A stretch of 64,000 nucleotides of DNA, taken from positions 15,540,532 through 15,604,531 of the forward strand of contig CM119263.1 in NCBI GenBank assembly GCA_051294375.1, given 5' to 3'. The stretch is from Paraspadella gotoi. Taxonomy: Eukaryota > Animalia > Chaetognatha. The stretch's first letter is position 1. Every line of letters begins with the position of its first letter. Shown here in pieces: positions 57,948 to 64,000 of this stretch. The translations under genes were made by a program, and so were the position numbers. The notes beneath the pieces are model-generated. The model did not search any database. It saw only the letters and a list, made by a program, of their open reading frames with translations, and was not told the DNA's origin.

Positions 57948-58239
57948 CCATGCATCACGCAACTCGCGTCGCGGACTGGAGGCGAGAAGAAACAAAGTAG
58001 ACAAGTGGAGGGTCACAGCTGATGGGAGATGAAGGCGGAAGACAGCAGTTGGTAAAAGGTGCTGAGGTGAAACAAAAACGAGAGAGCGAGTCTTCTCGAA
58101 GCTGATAGTAAAAAATTTAACTATTAAATTCAACTCTAAAACAGTGAGTGATGTGTCAAAGCTTATTTGTAACCCTCACTTTTCAACAATTTTTTCCGGA
58201 AAAATCATTTCGTTAATCCTATCCTCTCGCCCGCTCTTT

Positions 58240-58410
58240 CCCCGGCGCGCGCGATCATCTACGCATCTCCCTCCGCTCTCTCCGCGTCAAAGCGGCAGCG
58301 CCGCTTCTTACTGGCAAAGTCGCGCGCGGGCGGCGACGGGCGGCGACGGGCGGCGACGGGCGGCGGAGACGGCGGCCTTGGGGAATATGGTGGCGAAAGC
58401 GGCGCTGGGA
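58240..58410. promoter_or_regulatory. GC/CpG-rich island with tandem GGGCGG boxes between the divergently transcribed ATPase and tropomyosin genes
   Basis: (gggcggcgac)x3 plus gggcgg at ~58328-58365, in otherwise AT-rich DNA. No convincing ORF. Confidence 0.35.
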
Positions 58411-60347
58411 AGAACGACGACCTTGCTCTCGCCTTTTTGGTTCCTGGATTAGGAACGTAATAAAGACTTATTTTTTATTTCTGTTTCCATTTCTCTAAAT
58501 AGGTCAAGAAAAAAATAATTTTATGAAATATTTCATACATCAATCAAATTTATTAACTAGCATTACAAAATTTAGTGATTTCTCTGGCTGAAAAAAAATA
58601 AAACGGATAATGGATATGATACATAATTTTTCGAGCATCCAAAAAAATATTCTTACGGCTGTTTTTTTTAAATTAAAAAGTAGTTTATACTTTATAAGTT
58701 TATTGTATTCGAATAAATACTTATTCTTTTGTTTTAATATAACTTCTTTAAGAGTTGAACATGCCATCTACTTAAATCTTCGGAGTAAAAACAAATGACA
58801 ACAATATTTTTTCATTCAAGAATATATTAGTTTATTCAATTTCTTTCAAGTAGTAATTTAATATATTTTTTGATGGTAAAGAAGAACGTTTTAATTTTTG
58901 AACTTTTATATTTTGTAATATTGTTACTTTGCAGTAATTAGAAAGAACTTTTTTGTAAATCTCTGAAGTCTCTGAGAAAATTTCTTTCTTGCCCTTTTTT
59001 TTCACCCTTATCATCTTTGCTATCATCTGATTATAATTCCAATATTTAATCGTTTTTCGACCAATATTATCCTTTACAGTTACACAAATTTAAAGGTTTA
59101 CGCGTTGAGAGGAATTTTCTCCTCACTGAGTCCTCAGTGTCTGTTATCTTTCAACGAAAAGATGTTCATAAACCGCAAACTTAAACATGTCTTCTTCGCT
59201 ACATCAACCTATGGCTATGTACCTCATCTTTACCTTAGGGAGTCGGGGGCGATGTTAGCGCAGTGTGAGAGGAGAATGAGAGGGGAAGGAAGTTCATCTT
59301 TGGTGGCAAAAAAATGTTAAAGTCGGATGAATGGGTGAAGGTGGATTAGGGAACGAAAAGAAAGGGGGGTGGGGGGGTGGATGATAAGTCGAAGAAGTGA
59401 ACAGCGACGCGACTTCGCGACGCCCACAACGAATCGTGAGACCGAAGGGAATCACGTGACCTTTCAAAAGAATGAATCTATGATTGAGTGAAACGGGAAG
59501 CAACAAAACTAAACGCAAACAAAGTGAATACTTCTCAAACGTTCGAACCGAATTGTCGCAACGACTCGTCGGTTTTACGATTTTAACGATTTTAATTCAT
59601 GACGTAAACAATTTCGAGCGTACAGATCGAGTGCGATGAATCGCGTAAACGAATGTGAGATTAAAATCTTTGTAATATTTCACGAAGCGATTTCTTTTTC
59701 GCACACAAATCTTAGGGAATTTGCGAATCGAATTTCTTTCATTTATCTTTACTAAAGAAAAACAATAAAACTTTATGAATTCTGAGTTGTAAAACGTAAT
59801 TCTATTTTACGCCCGGTTGACGAGCCGCGCCTTTCAACCCGATCCTCGTTTTTCGTCTTGCAACTTTTTTTTTTTCTTTGCCAAAACCGAAGAGACTTTT
59901 ACGACGAAACCTGCAAAACCTTCGCTCTCCCTCATCGCGGAGAGTCGTCGTCGTCGTCGTCGTCGTTTCAATCAACGACCCCTTTAATTATTGCCTCGTT
60001 TCTCGTGTTCGTGGGAGCTTTCGCCGTTTCTGTCTTCTCGATCGTCGTTGTCATCATCGTTATCACTCTCACTACCAGCAATGTAGTCGTAGTCATCATC
60101 GTTATCATCATCTTCCTCCCTTTTTCCTCCATTGAAACACTTAAAAAGTGGTTAACGTAGCCTCTTCCCTTCCAGAGCGTCTCTCCCCATCCTGCATTAC
60201 GCGAAAAACCGGCAATTACTCCTCGAGAATCTTTGGCTTAAAACGTTTTCGATATAATTTATAAAATACTAAAGTGACTTTTTTTTTTCTCGTTGGAAAA
60301 AGAAGTTCAAGGAAAAAAAATAGTTTTTTTTCTTTTTCTATCGGAAA

Positions 60348-60697
60348 ATGTCGTCGATGAAAGCGAAAGAGACGGCGTCGAATACGATGGCCGCCATCAA
60401 GAAGAAGATGATGAATCTCAGGGAATCTAAGGTAATGGAAGGTACATTTGAGAGAAAAAGAGAGAAAAAAATTATATTTAAAAGATAAGAAAATTCAAAA
60501 GTTGTTATCATCGTTGTTAAATTTCTAAAATAATGATAAAAAATATAAACTTAAAATCGAGGTAAGAATCGAAAATTTCATCTAGAAAAAATCATCGCGT
60601 TACGATCAAACCAAAATTCGATATTCCGATAATATCCTTTTCATTTGAAAGGAAAATGGCTCTTCGGATTTGAGAGAGAGGGAGAGAGAGAGAGAGA

Positions 60698-60771
<74 letters not shown>

Positions 60772-61214
60772 GAGGGGGAGAGAGAGAGTGAGAGAGAGAG
60801 AGGTAGGGAGAGAGGGAGAGAGAGTGAGAAAGAAAGGTAGAGAGAGAGAGAGAGAAAGAGATTTAGAGGGAGAGAGAGACAGTCTACGTCATAATTCTTC
60901 CCCCTTTTTTTTCCACTCTCAAAAAAGGAACAATCTCAAAATCGGGAATTTGAATTGAAGCAACGATTGGAGGAACTCAATCTGATGTTGAAGGAAAGAG
61001 ACGACGAGATTCTTCAGTTGGGGAAACGCGTCATGAACGTGAGGAAGAGAAAAGGAGGTCGATGCCTCGGACGCGTACTCGCGTTTCCAGGGCGACGAAC
61101 TTTTTGAAATTCATTTAAAACCGGGGAGTCGATAATTAGGAATTAAGAATTATTAATTAAGAACGCGGTGCATGAATAATTCGAGCGATGATAAGAATGG
61201 CGGCCTTTTTGCAA

Positions 61215-61278
<64 letters not shown>

Positions 61279-62628
61279 ACTCCCTCCAGGTGGAGAACTC
61301 CTGGGACGAGACGACGGAGAAATTGAGCGAAGCGACGCTGACGATCGAAGAAGCGGAGAAGCAGCAGAAAGTCAACGAGGAGGAAGTTGCCTCCATGCAG
61401 AGGAGATGCGTCCTCACTGACGACGAGTTGCAAAGATCAGAACAGAGGCTTTTCAGTGGGTTTTCGTTTCTCATTTTATATTAAAAATAATATTTCTATT
61501 AGATCTTTTCGTTGCTTCTCTCTTCTTTCACTGTTCCTAATCAAATTTTTTTTCATTCCCACGTCTTATTCTCATCATCCGCCCGCTTTTCTTCCTTCTT
61601 TTTAATTATACTCCAATTTCTTAACGACGATTTTCCGCCACCAACCTTCTCTCTTCCCTCTCCCAAGTCGAGACTCAAAAACTGACGGAGGCGGCGACGG
61701 AGGCCGAAAAGGTAGAGGTTCGCCGCAAAGTGTTGGAAGCGAAGAACATGGTGCACGAGCAGAGGATCGACAGCCTTAATCAACAGATCATCATCGCTCA
61801 AGAGGTGGCGCTCGTCTCTTCGAAAAACGCGGAAGAGGCGTCGAGGAAGCTCGCCATGACGCAGGTAGAAGGCGCTGTCGTCGGCAAAGATGGCGGCGCC
61901 CAATGTGACGCCTCCGACTCTCCCTCTACAGGTCGAACTGGAGCGAACGACGGAGAAGGCGGTGGAGGCCGAGAAGAAAATTCAACTCATAGAGGAAGAA
62001 CTCAACATCGTCGGGCAAAACATGAAGGCGTTGGAATCCTCAGAGACGGAGGCGCTCAAGCGGCACGAGGAGTATGAGGAGAAGATCAGGTGGAATTGGT
62101 GGGGAATGGGTGGGAGAGGGGGGGGGAGAGAGAGGTGGAAAAAAGGAGAGGGAAAAAATAATTAGGGGGTGCCAAAGAATGTGAGAGCATAAAACTTAAA
62201 AATAACTATAAACAAAAGAATTCACGCTTGTGCTTGGAAGTTAGCGTAGTTCGAAGGAGATTCTAGTTTGGCGCTAACAGCTGGGTTNNNNNNNNNNGAC
62301 GATTCGTTCCGTTTTCTTTGTGAATCAGCAGGGCTGGGTTGGGGGGAAATCGTGCTCCCTCCCGCGCCTTAGGAACTGCCGAAAAGTATAGTATTGTATT
62401 TATGCATTGTATACTCTCGACTTATTCTCGATCTCCCCTCTTCTCCTCAGAGAACTCTCTCTCCGACTGAAATTCGCAGAGATCCAAGCGGCGGGCCACG
62501 AGCGCGAGGCGGCCAAAATGCAGGGCGAGCTCGACGCTCTCCTGTTGGACGTGCTCGACTGGAAGGCCAAGTATCAGGAGATCTGTAACGAGTTGGAACT
62601 CACCTTCAATGAAATGTCAGAGTACTGA
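60348..62628 (+). CDS. TPM: Tropomyosin, divergent (6 exons; 284 aa from MAAIKKKM, with a possible 13-aa N-terminal extension)
   Basis: MAAIKKKMMNLR N-terminus, EEASRKLAMTQVELER, EEELNIVGQNMKALE and C-terminal ELELTFNEMSEY*. Exons at ~60348-60431, 60928-61038, 61290-61455, 61668-61864, 61932-62089 and 62451-62628. My residue count from the MAAIKKKM Met is exactly 284. Confidence 0.92.
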
Positions 62629-62644
62629 CGAAGATTATTGGGTG

Positions 62645-62701
<57 letters not shown>

Positions 62702-63114
62702 CTCTCTCTCTCATTCTCTCTTTCTCTCTCTCTCTAGATGATTGTCTGTAGCTCTACTTATAATACCAAAACAGCATTAATTATTTATTACAGTTGTTCA
62801 GCTCTGGAAAGTTTATTAATTTATGATAAACTTTGTAAACGAGGGATCTGTTGTCCTGAATAACAGTTTACTTTGCTTAACTAATATCCCTCTTTAATAT
62901 ACCAAATAACCAAACCAAATAACCAAATAAACTTCATCAACAATGTTTACTCTAAAGGTACTCTATCATGGATTAAATATTGAATAAAAATTAACACTAT
63001 TTAATGCCATCTAAAGTTCAGGAAAAGAGATTTGTTTTTTTTCCAGTTCAAAACAGATTGGGCCTTTGATATTGTTTTTAAACAGTATTTAAAAATATTG
63101 ATGATCAAACCGTC

Positions 63115-64000
63115 TTAAAATTTTGTTCGTTTATATTAATGACCAGACAAGTGAGGTAATCCGCGACAGAGAGAGGCAGCATTTGAACGATGGTGATGAA
63201 AATTTTGGAAATGATATCAGGAACGTAGTCGCACTTGGGATTTTTGCTGAGAAGAGCATCCATCACACAGTCGATCACCTCAGTTATTTCCCTAGATTTT
63301 ATTTAACATTAAACAAAAAAAAGAATCAGGAAAAAAAAAATTAGGATTAATTTTTAAAAGTAACATATTTATATCCTTGAACCTGAAGTATTTCAGTTCT
63401 GAACATTCCTCGCCTCTTCTCTTCAACGATTGAAAAAATGGTTCGCCGTAGTCTTCCTTCGCCGTCGGCGTCGCTTCGTTCCAACTTTTGTCCAGGCATT
63501 TTAAGATGTACTCCATGTTAGTGATGCTCGTCTTGTACGCGCTAAAAGTGTTGTATTCTAAATCAATTATTGCTCGACTTTACTTTCGTACTATTTAACG
63601 TTAATTTAATTTACCGGCGCTGTAATTGACTTAAATGATCCAATTTAATGTACTAGAATTTTCCAGAATCACACTCACAAGGGCGAAATTGACGAAACGT
63701 GAACCCCAAATGATTTCATCTCTCTTCGGAGACCACACGTGTACATGAAGGTGGCAACTTTGGACATGGTGTAGGGAATGACCAGAGGCACGGCCATGTG
63801 CGCCGCCAAACTGCAGATGTTAACGATTCGACCTTTAGAAAAGAAGAGAAATTAAATATTAGATGGATTTATCCAAGTTCAAGGTTTATAATTGCGTAAG
63901 AAAATACAAGCGTCAGTCCCCCACTCTTATCAATATCGCTCACCCTTGGCCCTTCTGATCAAAGGCAAAAATGCTCTAGTAACCCTGACGACTCCGAGAG
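63115..64000 (-). CDS. Short-chain dehydrogenase/reductase (RDH/HSD17B6/BDH1-like), 3' part only
   Basis: LGVVRVTRAFLPLIRRAKG|RIVNICS...PYTMSK (catalytic S and YxxxK)...LRREMKSFGVHVSSISP...EDYGEPFF...EVIDCVMDALLSKNP. Stop TAA at 63115-63117. Confidence 0.9.

Overview
Gene-dense, intron-rich animal genomic DNA, probably from an invertebrate bilaterian. Exons are CpG-rich, introns are AT-rich and full of microsatellites, and there are three 10-N scaffold gaps. Gene models were built by hand splicing. In order: an orphan Cys-rich secreted/GPI-type protein (+, 1.2-4.6 kb); a FAM217-like protein (+); an EF-hand/WD40 gene of the WDR64/WDR49/WDY type (-), whose introns host other genes and whose 3' part appears to leave the window; an AXDND1-like gene (-); an EXD2 homolog with a degenerate DEDD active site and a ~2,900-codon terminal exon of novel repeats (+); an orphan multi-exon gene (-); a Na+/K+-ATPase alpha subunit (-); a divergent 284-aa tropomyosin (+); and the 3' part of an SDR dehydrogenase (-). 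The most notable observations are a doubly nested locus (WD40 gene > membrane-protein gene > F-box gene), the giant pseudo-nuclease EXD2 with 11 W-[TS]-x-G-x-W-type motifs, intronic minimal hammerhead ribozymes of the Penelope-like type, and relaxed splice signals with purine/pyrimidine microsatellite asymmetry in introns. Family assignments rest on recalled motifs, not database searches. Exon boundaries are approximate in places.
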